DNA from: Octopus sinensis | Lineage: Eukaryota | Reading direction: 5' to 3' | DNA: 64,000 bases | Assembly (NCBI RefSeq): GCF_006345805.1 | Contig: NC_043000.1 | Coordinates: 121,334,001-121,398,000, forward strand | Part shown: in pieces, positions 14,561 through 27,314 of the stretch | How positions within the stretch are numbered: the stretch's first letter is position 1 | Layout: each line of letters starts with the position of its first letter | Position numbers and translations under genes: made by a program | Notes under the pieces: generated by a model | What the model was told of the DNA's origin: nothing | The model's database searches: none | Seen by the model: the letters and a program-made list of their open reading frames with translations, nothing else

Positions 14561-14654
14561 CTTAGTTAATGGAGTCAAGAAATATGGTGTAACAGCTAGG
14601 GGTTATAAGTTGATAATATATATATATTATATATATATGTATATGTATGTATAC

Positions 14655-14692
<38 letters not shown>

Positions 14693-14704
14693 GATATATA
14701 TATA

Positions 14705-14736
<32 letters not shown>

Positions 14737-15183
14737 TTCTTGTGCATAAATATATAATTTTAGAGAAATTAACACATGGCATCAACCTGCTTCGAAATAG
14801 ATTTAAAAATTTCAAATCCACCACCAAGATCACTGAAACATTACGCATAAATCATTAGGTGAGTGAACGGTTAAAGAATTAAACAATTAAAAACATACTA
14901 TTAAAGATTATGACGTTGGGATATTCTTGTACCACGGTTCTGACTTCTGGCACGCAGGCCTCAACTTTAGTCACAATGAATCACCGTTTCTAAACAGGCA
15001 AATGCCTTGTGCGTCCTTAAGCTCAGTGCACTTTTTTTAAATTTACTTTTAGTCTATATCTATATAATGCTATTTAATAGCCTGAACCACATATTATTGG
15101 TATTATTATCAATCACTCTTCACCACAGAAAATATTAAAAATGATAATATCTTTCTTCGACTGTTTACATTCCAATCTTAATT

Positions 15184-15238
<55 letters not shown>

Positions 15239-15348
15239 TATGTATGTATATATAATATTATATGTATATAATATATATATATATATATATATCATATATA
15301 TATAATATATAGATATATATATATATATATAATATATATACATCATAT

Positions 15349-15400
<52 letters not shown>

Positions 15401-15419
15401 CACATACATTCGCCATGTT

Positions 15420-15605
15420 GGGCCACTGAACTCAACAACATTTTTCTCATTCTTCCTCTGTACATTTTCTCTTATTCCTTTCTGACGAAGACCGTAAGCT
15501 CGAAACGTAAATGTCTTTTCCATTTTTCCCGAGCGTCAAACTAATAAACCTGCTTCTTCTTCCTACATTTCTGATAGTCTTTGTTTCCCTATAAATTTGA
15601 CCAGC
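15420..15605 (+). mobile_element. Short (TA)n-embedded repeat with HHR motif at 15478-15513 (pLTR-like family E)
   Basis: CTTT-CTGACGA-A-GACC-gtaa-GCTC-GAAA-CG-TA-AATG. Homologous to 27640-27865. Confidence 0.6.
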
Positions 15606-16330
15606 ATGTATATATATATATGTAAAAGTGTGTGTGTATACATTTATAACTACATATGTAGTGTTATTGTGTAATAACATTTCAATTGAACGCACACCCG
15701 TATATGCAACTGTACATATTGTACCATGTTTGCATTCCTTAACACTGCCATGAGATTAATGCTACTGAATGTAACGTCGCGACGTAGACATAAATTCGCC
15801 ATGTTTTTACCGAACATTATCTGGCTTAAAACCTATGGGTTAGTATATTGTGTAGAATTAAAGAAACATGAAGCTAGTTTTGCAGCTGAAAGACACAAGC
15901 GTTATTTATAGAACATGATGTAATTACATCTTAGTGTTTGCATCTGCCATTCGTATATTGATCGAAATCGCCTTTTCTCAACAATATGACGTCAGCCGGA
16001 TGACATCTCAGCTAATTGTCTCTTTCTCATAAGAAAATTACACCTTGCTATAAAACAAGCACAAGCTACAAGATATGAGTATGTTTCTTGGTAGTCTGTT
16101 GAAAATTATTTCACATATAATTTTGTTATGTAAATATTGTGCATTTTGTGCTTATATTTCAAAACGTGTGTAGTATATAATATGATATATGACGCATGTA
16201 TGTGTGAATGTGTGTTTATATATCTGTTATGAGAGTGTACACTTGCATATCTAACGTAACTATTTGCATATATATTTCCACACAATTATATATGCTTACA
16301 TACTTACACATACGCACACACACACACACA

Positions 16331-16376
<46 letters not shown>

Positions 16377-16630
16377 CATATACATGCATACCTATTCAGA
16401 TACATAGATCCAGATATAAATTGGTATAGAAAGATAGATGCAGATATGTAAAACTGTTGGTTTACAACTTGTATGGACGAAATTTCCTGTTAATCATATT
16501 TATTTATTTAAGAATATAACTAAAGAAACACAATCACCTAGTTTGGTACACACACACAAACACGCAACTCTCTCTGTATATATATATATATATATAGATA
16601 TATATAGGAAAAAGCAACAAAAGGATTAAA

Positions 16631-16717
16631 TCTCGGTACGATCGTTTCGTACGAGGACATCTTTAATAAGCTACAAAAGATGCAGTGAAACAGATGGCTC
16701 GTACTCGTCAGCCGAAA
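16631..16717 (-). ncRNA. Type I hammerhead ribozyme, canonical core (left-arm copy)
   Basis: Reverse complement of the 17131-17218 motif; core, stems and triplet retained. Confidence 0.8.
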
Positions 16718-17130
16718 ATATCAGAGAATTCCCAACATCAAAAGGGGTAGACATAAAGAGATGTAGGATTAACTGCATTGAAGAAAGTTCGATTCATGGA
16801 GATCTGATGAAAGGTTTTAAACCTATAGAATTTATGCATGTCTACATATAGCTATATTGAATATTTGATCAAGTTATATGAAGAAAATTTTCGGATACAG
16901 TCATGCAAAATTCTTACTCGGATTTTCAGAAACTTTGCATGACTGTATCCGAAAATTTCTTCATATAACTTGATCAAATATTCAATATGAGCTATATGTA
17001 GACATGCATAAATTCTATAGGTTTAAAACCTTTCATCAGATCTCCATGAATCGAACTTTCTTCAATGCAGTTAATCCTACAATCTCTTTTATATCTACCC
17101 CTTTTGATGTTTGGGAATTCTCTGATATTT

Positions 17131-17218
17131 TTTCGGCTGACGAGTACGAGCCATCTGTATTCACTGCATCTTTTGTAGCTTATTAAAAATGTCCTCGTAC
17201 GAAACGATCGTACCGAGA
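17131..17218 (+). ncRNA. Type I hammerhead ribozyme, canonical core (right-arm copy)
   Basis: TTTCGG-CTGACGA(17137-43)-GTACGAG-[43 nt]-CTCGTAC-GAAA(17201-04)-CGATCG-TA-CCGAGA. 6-bp stem I (one G.U), perfect 7-bp stem II, palindromic stem III, GUA triplet. Confidence 0.85.
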
Positions 17219-17367
17219 TTTTAATCCATTCTTGTTGCTTTTTTCCTATTTATAATCACCCCACTTGTCGTATGGCTAACACCATATAGATATCCGGTGC
17301 ATCCTAGTTAAGGACCATATTCATGTGAATTCTTTAGAATTCACTAGAATCTCAATTACTTAACCGA

Positions 17368-17398
<31 letters not shown>

Positions 17399-17923
17399 CC
17401 TAATAATATCAAGGTCAGAAAACATTTTAGAAATGTTTACTCCCAGTGGCCTTGCGTGTGGAAAAAGTAGTCAATAGACTTTTTATTATTCATATGAATA
17501 AAGTGTACATTTAAATATATGAGGTAACCATCATAGGAAACCTAGCACGCTAGAAGGAATAGCCAAATTCCAAACCACTGTTAGGGATAAATTTCGAAGG
17601 GAATGAAAATAAAAACATTTTTCATCGATCTCCTGGACCATGGTTTCTAGCTATATATTAGCAAATAAAATAATTTGCCAGGCGGAGATTTCATCAACAC
17701 GTAAGCCAACATATAAATATGAGGCAATCGAGCATGTGCCCCGTGGCTATATGTTGTAACTTTTCAACACCACCGCGCGAGTGTGGTTCTTTTTCGGCGG
17801 CAAATATAAATAATGCCGGCGAATCTTCGAAAATTTGCCAAAAATGATCAATAATTAATAATATCAGGGTAAGAAATAATTTTAGAAATTTTTAGTATCA
17901 GTGGCCTAAAGTAAAGTATACTG

Positions 17924-17955
<32 letters not shown>

Positions 17956-18049
17956 TATAATATATATATATATATAAGTGTGTGTGTGTGTGTAGTGTGT
18001 CTGTGTGTGTGTGTGTGTGTTACAGTTATGTTGAATCTAGTTATACGGG

Positions 18050-18747
18050 AAAGGCAAGCATTGACGAGAAAGCATTCCTACAATAAATTGTAAAGCTTTG
18101 CATAAACGACAAGTTGAGTTTAGCAGAGCAAATTGGACAGAATCATCATTTATTTGAGATTGGGATGGATCATATCTAAAATCAGCTCCAGGTGTTGTGA
18201 AGAAATAAAATTGTTCGTGGCGTGTTTCTCAGAGCAATTCAATTGGACCTCTGTGTAATCTGGCGTGCTAAACATTGTTTTTACGATTCAGGATTAAGTG
18301 GTGTAGCGTACCTTTGCTGACCTTGGAAAAGTTTCATCTCCCTTCTCTCTTGAGACTCCATCTGACGTGCTGCAGTGTACCTTTGCTGGTCTTGGGTAAG
18401 TCTCATCTCGCTTCTGTCTTGAGACTATTTGATGTGCTGCAGTTTGTCTTTACTGATCTTGAGAAAGTCTCATCTGCCTTCAGACTTCATCACACGTTCT
18501 GCCGCATCCCTTTGCTGATGTCGTGATAGTCTACACTCCCTTCCCTCTTGATACTGTATTTGACGTACAGCAGCAAGTGCAATGTCCCTTATGTATTGCG
18601 AATCCATCTGACGTGCTGCAGCATGTATTTGCTGACTATGAGAAAGCCTCATGTCCCTTATCTATGGAGACTCTTGCTTTGGGTTTTCTGCACTCCTCCT
18701 CGCTTTATAGGTATTTCTAGAGAGATTAATTTTTTCTATGGTGGCAA
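18050..18747 (-). pseudogene. Helitron RepHel N-terminal remnant (charged ~22-aa repeats plus C2 zinc-finger start)
   Basis: Minus strand: (L)PP*KKINLSRNTYKARRSAENPKQESP, repeats such as MRLTQDQQRYTAARQMESQE, then ADFRYDPSQSQINDDSVQFALLNSTCRLCKALQF. ~66-bp degenerate tandem repeat at 18290-18670. Confidence 0.65.
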
Positions 18748-19380
18748 AGTCTTTTTCAGTATTTTAAACCAAAAATCAGGAACATAGAAAAAATATACAT
18801 TAATCTCTATTTTTTAAGTAGCTGTATGAATGTAGCATATCTGTATTTTCGTAGACAGTGCAACTTAATCAAATGTCAGCAAATTGTAATTACGTGGCAA
18901 CCTTGCAAATGCTGCAATTATTATAAACTGATAATTGAATGGCAGCTGTGTATTTTGTATTACCTTGGACATGCCATCTAATTATTTTTTGTGAAGTGTT
19001 TCTCCTCCAGTCGTTCTCGCCACATATGTATATGCATGTGTAGATGTGTGCGTTTGTGTGTTTAATGACGTACCCACCTTGGAAACACACACACACACAG
19101 AGTCAGATAGACATACACATCCATAAAACTACACATACATTCAAAGACACATAACACTCATACACAAAATATGAATTCGTCGTCGTGGTATAAAATGCCC
19201 TGTACTACAGTTGATTATAGAAAGATTATGTATATGAAGTGTTATATTGTTTTAATGAAATTCAAAGAAAATTACATGTTGTAAAAGAATATTCTTTTTC
19301 AAGGAGATATGATAAACCTATTATAATGGATAATATTACATGTACTTTTTATATTTTTTATATTGTGATGTAATCTTTGC

Positions 19381-19466
19381 GGCTGAAGAGAGCTTTAAAC
19401 CATCTTTTATTTCAATAATACACTGATGTAATAACGGATTGTTTATAAAGCTTGAAACACGTATAC
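19381..19466 (+). ncRNA. Hammerhead-like motif with long loop II
   Basis: CTGAAGA(19383-89)-GAGCTTTA...TAAAGCTT-GAAA(19454-57)-CACG-TA. 8-bp stem II, GUA triplet, poor stem I. About 100 bp upstream of a (TA)n tract. Confidence 0.55.
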
Positions 19467-19561
19467 GGTGATATCTTTTATTTTCTGTTTGTAATTTTAT
19501 ATTGATATATACTCACTCACCTCTGCCATTATCTGGCATTACAGATGCTTATACTTATCAA

Positions 19562-19630
<69 letters not shown>

Positions 19631-19904
19631 GCACATATATTAAATACTAATTTAAGCGTTAATATGTATATGTAAATATATGCGATTATTATTAACTTGT
19701 AATTGAACGGTATATGTACAAAAAAAGATAATCTTAGTGTTATCCCATTACAATTAAAAGTAAAAGAATAAAAGTGAAACAATATAATAATCTCATCACA
19801 TTAGAATTCAAAGTGAAAGTATAAAACTGAAACAATATTATATCACACAATTTTAGTCACTGGCTCAGCACCTATGCTTGTGTTCTTCATTCCAAAATAA
19901 TAAA

Positions 19905-20752
19905 ATTTGTAACCTACGTCCTAAATGGGACTTCGTCCATGTGTATCCGCGTGTGTAGTCCTCGTTTTAAAAATTAAATATTGAAAAATAAAACGAAGAA
20001 AATGCCACCCTCCCTTTTGCAAGAGAAATTAATTCTGGCGATAAGGTCTAAACCGCTTGTATCACAATTAAAATCTTTACTTATAAAGAATGAGGCGACG
20101 ACCTAAACGTATGACAAAGAATTATGCAATATCATGTTTGTTTCTATGCGAATTGTTTACTTTTAAAGCGAAAGAACAAAACCGACATATACGACAGGTA
20201 TGTAAAACATAATTCTGCTTACTTTCTCTGTTCATTCGCTTAAGCTGTAGAAATTGTTGCGCGCACACACACAGGCATAGAGGATTTCCAGACATTTAGC
20301 ATATTTTCCAGACATTTTTAGTATTTCATTTTGAGTTTTAGGCAACAGGCGAGGGTTGTGTGGATCGTTTTTGGAATTCTTCATAGAAAATTTGAAATTA
20401 AAATGTGTTTTAATCTCCGTATTTTTCCACGTAGATTGAAAAATATAATTGAAAAGAAATTAAGAATTTAAAATTTTGAAAACGATTTTTTTTGCATGAT
20501 TTTTTTTTGCATAGAAAATATAGGGATCCACTGAAAAAAATCGGAACGGTCTAATGGGGGTGGAGGCTATGTACTCCTATAAGGCTAAGGACGAATATTT
20601 GACCCTCCCCCTAGAACATTGCACCAGTAATAAAAAACTTATGCCAAATTCAGTACAGATTAATCCAGTCGTTTGACTGTGCGTAGAGAAAACAGACAAA
20701 CACGCACAAACACACACACACACACACAACACACACACCACACACACTCACA

Positions 20753-20812
<60 letters not shown>
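19905..20812 (-). mobile_element. Probable non-autonomous Helitron-like element or Helitron 5' end
   Basis: Minus strand starts TCTATATATA, then (GT)n, then gtttgtctg...acgcacagtcaaacgactggattaatctgtactgaatttggcat, a layout typical of invertebrate Helitron-derived repeats. Confidence 0.45.
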
Positions 20813-20814
<2 letters not shown>

Positions 20815-22035
20815 TAAATTCCTCTATTTCCATAATATCGAGGTCTCATTCATTCTTTTGTTGTCATTTGGTTATTATTGATAAATTATTAATATATATA
20901 TACATACATACACACACGTATACATATTTAGGTGCGTATGTTGTGTGTGTATACTGAAAAAGGGAGAAGAGCAGGAAGTGTGATAAACTTATCCCGAGCT
21001 TTCCGAAAGAGAATGTGACACACATTTCAATAGTTTTACGCCTTCGGTGAGAACATTTTTACATGGCGGTATATTTTGCTTAATTGTTTCCTATTCTAGA
21101 CCTCGCTCACAAACTGTATGTTACTCAAATTTGTGTGTATCGATTTGCCAATTCGAAATACAGACATTGCTTATGCAGGAAATATATGTGAATTTACTTT
21201 TCACTTGAAGGTAATTTGTTATATGAATTTTATATTTGTGAGAGTTCTTCCTTTGCTAGATTTAATTGCGTTACTCTCACATTCAAATTCAAATCGTGTC
21301 CAGCTTGTATCAGTTTTCGTCAATATTTTGTAATAAAATATGATTCTCTGATATAATGAAATAAATATGCACGTCTGGAACTCTTTAATGTAGTAACGAA
21401 AAGTCTGTCTCCATAACCTTTCAACATTTAATATACGACATTTTTTTAAACATAAAAATAGCATGGGTGATCTACAAAATGGCCTGAGAATAGCTCTAAA
21501 ATTGAGCCCCAAAGCGCTTAGATATGCAGACACTGTTGTACACGCGCACAGATACACACACACACACACACACACACATTTGCTCAGCAGATATGACACT
21601 TAAGTATCATATCTACTTTAGAGTGTTTAAACATTTATCGAGGATAGAAGAAGACAAAATGATATTTACTGATCAATAAATAATAAAATGTTGGGTAGAT
21701 AATTATAAAATCACGTATCAAACTAGATTTCAAAATATATTATTACTGATATAATTCCGAAATTTCAGGAAAATTATTATGCATCACTTTTAATTTGATG
21801 ACAACTTATTTAGATCAGCAATAGATAAATTATCATTATAAAATCTCATAACAAGATCGGTTGAATACCCACATCTTATTTCTAAATACAGTCAGCTTTG
21901 ATGCCATATTGCCAACACATATCTTACGAAATTCCTGATTCAGCTATGAATACTGGCATAATAAGTCCATATTGCTCTCTCTTATCTAAATGCGTATTTT
22001 TTATTCGTATTTATGCGTCCTTTTCAATCATATCC

Positions 22036-22321
22036 AGACTCATGGGCCCAGTTTCCCGGTTTCTGTGGCGTATGTGTTCCCTCCAGCTAGACGGGACTCC
22101 AGTCCGTCGCAGCGTTACTCAAGAAACAGGAAGAAATAGTGAGAGAAAATTGGAGCGAAAGAGTACAACAGGGGTCGCACCCCCCCCCCCCCTGCCGGAG
22201 CCTCGTGGAGTTTTTCTGTGTTTTCGCTCAATAAACACACACAACGCCCGGTCTGGGAATCGAAACCGCGATCCTCCTACCGCGAGTCCACTGCCCTAAC
22301 CACTGGAACATTGCGCCTCCA
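22036..22321 (-). mobile_element. tRNA-derived SINE family C
   Basis: Minus strand ggaggcgcaatgttccagtggttagggcagtggactcgcgg...gtttcgattccc (A and B boxes); head shared with 51525. Confidence 0.85.
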
Positions 22322-22755
22322 CAAATGTGTATTAGGAATATTGAATGGTTGAGAAATGTTGTAGAAGCACGAATAAAAGGCTTCTAATATTGCCTTGGGT
22401 CAACCCAAGAGTTGTGAATGAAATTAGACAGACAAAAATTGCATGGAAGCTGGTTACATAGATTAGACTTGGATTGCAAAAGTACAGCCTTATTACATAC
22501 TCTGCATTGTTGATTCTGGCTGTGAAATACGCTTATGTTTACATGTTGTGCAACTTGCTACTTTATAAACAGCCATTTAATTGATCATAGAGGTGAATCG
22601 CATCTAATGGAGATCTATTTTCCTTTCATTTACTCACCATATTAGAATATTTATATCCCTAAAATAAGATGGCCACACCTCAAGATTTTAAATCCATAAG
22701 ATGAAGCTGTCACAGAATATCATCTCGCGTTTACATGATTGCACTCTTTTGCATT

Positions 22756-22984
22756 GGAAATTGGCGGAATCATTTGCACGCTGAGCGAAATACTTAAACG
22801 TATTTCGTCTGCTGTTACGTTCTGAGTGCAAATTCCGCCGAGGTCGACTTTGCCTTTCATCCTTTCGGGGTCGATTAAATAAGTGCCAGTTACGCACTGG
22901 GGTCGATGTAATCGACTTAATTCCTTTGTCTGTCCTTGTTTGTGCCCTCTATGTTTAGCCTCTTGTGGACAATAAAGAAATAAA
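22756..22984 (+). mobile_element. SINE family A copy
   Basis: atttcgtctgctgttacgttctgagtgcaaattccgccgaggtcgactttgcctttcatcctttcggggtcg; near-identical to 57640. Confidence 0.9.
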
Positions 22985-23523
22985 TATTGCCCACCGTCGT
23001 TGTTTGTTTTTTAAAAAAAAACCAAGATATGAAGACACGGTATTATGCAAAGTATAAGTGACTCTGCGTCACAATATTGGTTGTTATGTGGAAAACTAAA
23101 ATTAAAAAAAATTCTCAAGTTTAAATTGGAAAATAGTTTGATAATATGACAGTTAAATGGTAAATCAAAGAGAGATTGGTTTTGCAAAAAACAAAACAAA
23201 AGAGAGAAAGAGAAATAACTATTAAGATAAATATTTAATAATAGTGTATAGCAGATATCCAAATAGACGAGTGGATCGGTGCGAAATATCAGCAGAAAAG
23301 AGATTAGAAGTCTACAGAGACTAAATATTCTCTATTAACTCCAAGAAATTGATTCGATACCAAACGAAATTACGAGTAGATAAAACTAGAAGCGAAATAT
23401 AGCAAAAGAAGCGATTAAGGTGGGGCAATTGTGAGAGGACTTACATTATATACGAATGCACGCGTGTGTGTGTCTCTGTGTTCGTGTTTATATAGAGAGT
23501 TACTTGTACGTGCATACACCCGC

Positions 23524-23524
<1 letters not shown>

Positions 23525-23573
<49 letters not shown>

Positions 23574-23574
23574 A

Positions 23575-23632
<58 letters not shown>

Positions 23633-23790
23633 CATATCTATTTAGCTATCTATCTATCTATCTATCTATATATATATATATATATATATATCTACCTCTC
23701 TATGTATGTATGTATGTATGTATGTATGCATGTATGTATGTATGTATGTATGTATCTATCTATCTAGCTAGCTAGCTATCTATGCATGTA
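23525..23790. repeat. (TATC)n/(TA)n/(TATG)n microsatellite
   Basis: Directly visible. Confidence 0.95.
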
Positions 23791-24237
23791 TGTATGTAGC
23801 TATATATATATATACTATACTGATCGAGCCAGTATAGTAGGTGAGTTCTTTTTCCCCTAGCATTTCTAGATTTATAGGAAATATTATATTGACAAGGAAA
23901 TGAACCTCTGGTTCTAATCAAGAAACAAATTTTCGTCTATAATTAATCCAAATAGGCTGTGATTTCGTTATTTTCTTTCTCTTTACCATATACGGGTTGC
24001 AAATTCTGATTGTTTGTGGAGACTTTTTTACTAGTAGGGGAAATGGTGACCTATTTGGCTGCCATTTCTAATATTTTCGGCATGTGGTTTTGCGCAACTT
24101 GTTGCAATTAACCCTTTATTATAATTAATATAATCCTTACCAAATATGGTATTTTCCATACCGATAAAACTACTTGGTGAAATTTATTAATTTTATTAAA
24201 TTAATTATATTTCACCCTTTTTGTATATATATATATA

Positions 24238-24276
<39 letters not shown>

Positions 24277-24967
24277 GTAGGGCAGCAGTGTGACAGAGGT
24301 ATTGACATATCATAACACAAACACGTACATACACACACATACACACACACGCACACAACACAGGCATATATATAATATTCGAGAAGAACTGTAGGATGCA
24401 ATGTACCTAACGCTTTGAAAATCTCAGATCAAACACGAAGATTACTTCAAATAAGATGTGAACGTATATAGCATCACAGTGGTCTTAAACTCGACCGAAG
24501 TAATTTAGTGTATATAACATTATACTAATGTATCAATGATGGAAGTTCACTTTGATTTGGAAATTCTCTTTTAAGTAGCTTAGTATAAAGTTAAGTTTAC
24601 TGGTAGCCAATTCCATGAAGCTCTTTTACTAGATGACTGCAAATATTCTATATCAATTACTTCCATAATAACTTAAAGCAAGAAATATACGTTACAGAAT
24701 ATTATACCTCTACACTTAAACATGAGAGGACACGGAATTTCAATTTATACGAAAGTAATTACAAATGTATAAAGGTTCACCTAAAAATAAATATGTATTC
24801 ACCATAAACACACTTCTGCTATGATTATAGTTTATTATATATGATGTCACTATATGTATTTGCATGTATAGAAGACGAGTAGAATTATCGGTCAGCCCAT
24901 TTGAGAAAGGCTAACAAGCATCAGGCAGAGCAAGCGAATGTGGGGTTTAGGATTCCGCTAAATGTAT

Positions 24968-25062
24968 AGACGTAGGAGTGGGTGTGTAGCAAGTAACTTG
25001 CTTACCAATCACGTGGTTCCGAGTTCAATTCCACTGCGTGGAACCTTAGGCAAGTGTCTTCT
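24968..25062 (+). mobile_element. SINE family B, 5' fragment
   Basis: ggagtgggtgtgtagcaagtaacttgcttaccaatcacgtggttccgagttcaattccactgcgtggaaccttaggcaagtgtctt. Confidence 0.75.
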
Positions 25063-25070
25063 AATATACG

Positions 25071-25111
<41 letters not shown>

Positions 25112-25147
25112 GTATGCGTCTCTCCCTCCCTTTATCTCTCTGTATAT

Positions 25148-25185
<38 letters not shown>

Positions 25186-26264
25186 TATTTCATTTAATTA
25201 GTCAAGTAACTAAAGTCCCTTAAGGGATGCGAGCATCCTAGTTCACCTAGACAAAACTAGACATAAGAGTTTATCACCGAAACGTATAGGTATTTAAATT
25301 TAAAAAAATATAAATAAGAAAATGAAGAAAATGGATAGAAATTTATGTACGGATATTTTTATTTAAAGACATTCAAATCCATACACAGAAATTCCTACCT
25401 ACAGCTGTTTCCATACACAGTTCTTTAAATCCAGAAATAAAATTCCATATTCAAAACCAATAAATTTATGGACAATTTCAAAAGGAATCCATTTAACAAC
25501 GGGTAGGCTAACCTACGACAAACTCAGAAATGCCTGATTTTTTCTTAACGCAAGCGTTCCGTGGAAACCGTCCTTGATACGTATATACAAAAATAAACAC
25601 ATTCAACACATCCTTGCTCGTGCGAATATGATACACAATAGTTCGTTGATGGTGTTGTGATAGTTAAGATATGAGAGAAAAAGAATGATAGATAAAACTA
25701 TTGAATGGCGGAGAATGTTATAGATTAATTGTTAAGGAGAGAGCAGCAAGACACGTCAATTCGCCGAGCACATGCCTGTCAATAATACTACAGATTAACA
25801 AAATATATCATATCAAATTACAACCAGCTCCATCCAAAATTACTACGACGATCAATGTTTACTTAAATACACGGTCTATACGTTTCAAGTAAATACAAAC
25901 AGAACCCGCACATTGTCAGATTTACCTACAGAAAATCTATATATATATATTATTTAAATGTAAATATCTTTAATATAAGCAATTACCAATGATTACAACA
26001 AACCTAATGATAGGTTACCTATATCCTGAAAGCAATAACAGACGTGAAATCTATGATGACTTTCTGACCACCCATAACCAACAACTATTTTAAATATTAC
26101 TGCCCAAAACATTTTAGTGAGTATTTTCAGACTTATTTACAGCTGACAATTATATGCGCGCGTGTGTGTGTGCGTGTATGTGTGTGTGTCTGAGTGTGTT
26201 CTCATTTCTTATATAAACATACATACATACATATATATATATACATATATAAGTATATATATAT

Positions 26265-26295
<31 letters not shown>

Positions 26296-26348
26296 TATAT
26301 TATATTATATATATATATATATATGTATGTATATGTATATGTGTATAT

Positions 26349-26391
<43 letters not shown>

Positions 26392-26699
26392 TATATATTA
26401 TATATATATATATATATATATGTACTATGTAGTCGTTTGTTAGGGCCGATCAAAACTTGGTTACTGATTTCATGTTACTAATGCTCTAACAAAAAAAAAT
26501 CAGGCACATAGCTTTTTTACTTACATGATACAGTCTTAGTAAGCAATTAAACAAAATTATTACACTTTCATTTTGAACCAACAATCTTTTAAAAAATGTG
26601 AATTATCCACGTGACATCGTAATTACTTTTATAATTTCTTCTAGAACTACCTAAGGAAATAATATTTTCCCCAGTTTATAAAGTCACAACCTCTCGACC

Positions 26700-26832
26700 G
26701 GTGATTTCCAGAAATGTTTCCAGCAGTGGCAGCAACGCTGGTAGAAGTGTGTAGACTCCCAAGGCGAATACTTTGAAGGAGATTAAATCATAATGGTGAT
26801 TTTTTAAATATTAATTGTTTTTTGGTCGGATA
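26700..26832 (+). mobile_element. Mariner 3' end fragment
   Basis: Translates DFQKCFQQWQQRW*KCVDSQGEYFEGD* (mariner C-terminus), then TIR-like ggtcggatactttttgactacacctc. Confidence 0.85.
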
Positions 26833-27058
26833 CTTTTTGACTACACCTCTTATAGTAGGAAACCACCATGCAATGAACTAAATATTATAGTTCACCAACT
26901 GATAACCACTAAAGAAATGAATGGGTGTCAAATTTCAATGCCCTATATTTATTGGTACTCGACCACGTAAAGAGACAACAGAGTAAGGTAGATGGTTAGA
27001 AGAGAGCAACCTAGTTTCATATAGATTACCTCCCCGCAACTTCATGCCTTTCCTAGTT

Positions 27059-27062
<4 letters not shown>

Positions 27063-27124
<62 letters not shown>
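27063..27124. repeat. (CT)n microsatellite
   Basis: Directly visible. Confidence 0.95.
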
Positions 27125-27130
<6 letters not shown>

Positions 27131-27206
27131 TCCTCTATCTCCCTTTCTCCTCTTTTTTTCCTCGTCTCCTCTTTCCATATAATTATTGTTTTTGTTACGG
27201 TGAGCT

Positions 27207-27314
27207 GACTCCGAAGATGATAGCCTTTTTAAAGATTATTCATGATATGCAATCGATCAATAAACTTATTAAGTAAATGGAAAATTGCGCGCATATCAGA
27301 AACAGCTGTGTGTT
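27207..27314 (+). ncRNA. Degenerate hammerhead-like motif (U4C core, long loop II)
   Basis: GACT-CCGAAGA-TGATA...TATCA-GAAA-CAGCTG-TG-TGTT. Position 17 is G, which is non-cleavable. Confidence 0.45.

Larger units (their letters stand above)
16605..17248. mobile_element. ~640-bp palindrome (two ~310-bp arms, ~13-nt loop), probable inverted Penelope-like pLTR pair
   Basis: taggaaaaagcaacaa... and ...ttgttgcttttttccta are reverse complements along their whole length; centre near 16915-16927; left end abuts (TA)n. Confidence 0.85.

Noticed and set aside
16798-16840. CTGATGA-A-AGGTTT-t-AAACCT inside the large palindrome
   Set aside because: Core and hairpin are present, but no GAAA follows the stem and stems I and III do not form.
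18290-18670. CRISPR-like regular spacing
   Set aside because: Whole units are degenerate with no unique spacers, the context is eukaryotic, and a coding repeat explains it.
22250-22321. tRNA-like sequences here, at 51525 and at 4845-4911
   Set aside because: They continue into shared repeat bodies and lack clean cloverleafs, so they are SINE heads, not tRNA genes.
25200-25510. GAAACGTA (plus) and GAAACAGCTGTA-GGTAGG (minus) ends
   Set aside because: No recognisable core at the right position, although CCTACC/GGTAGG could pair; too eroded to call.
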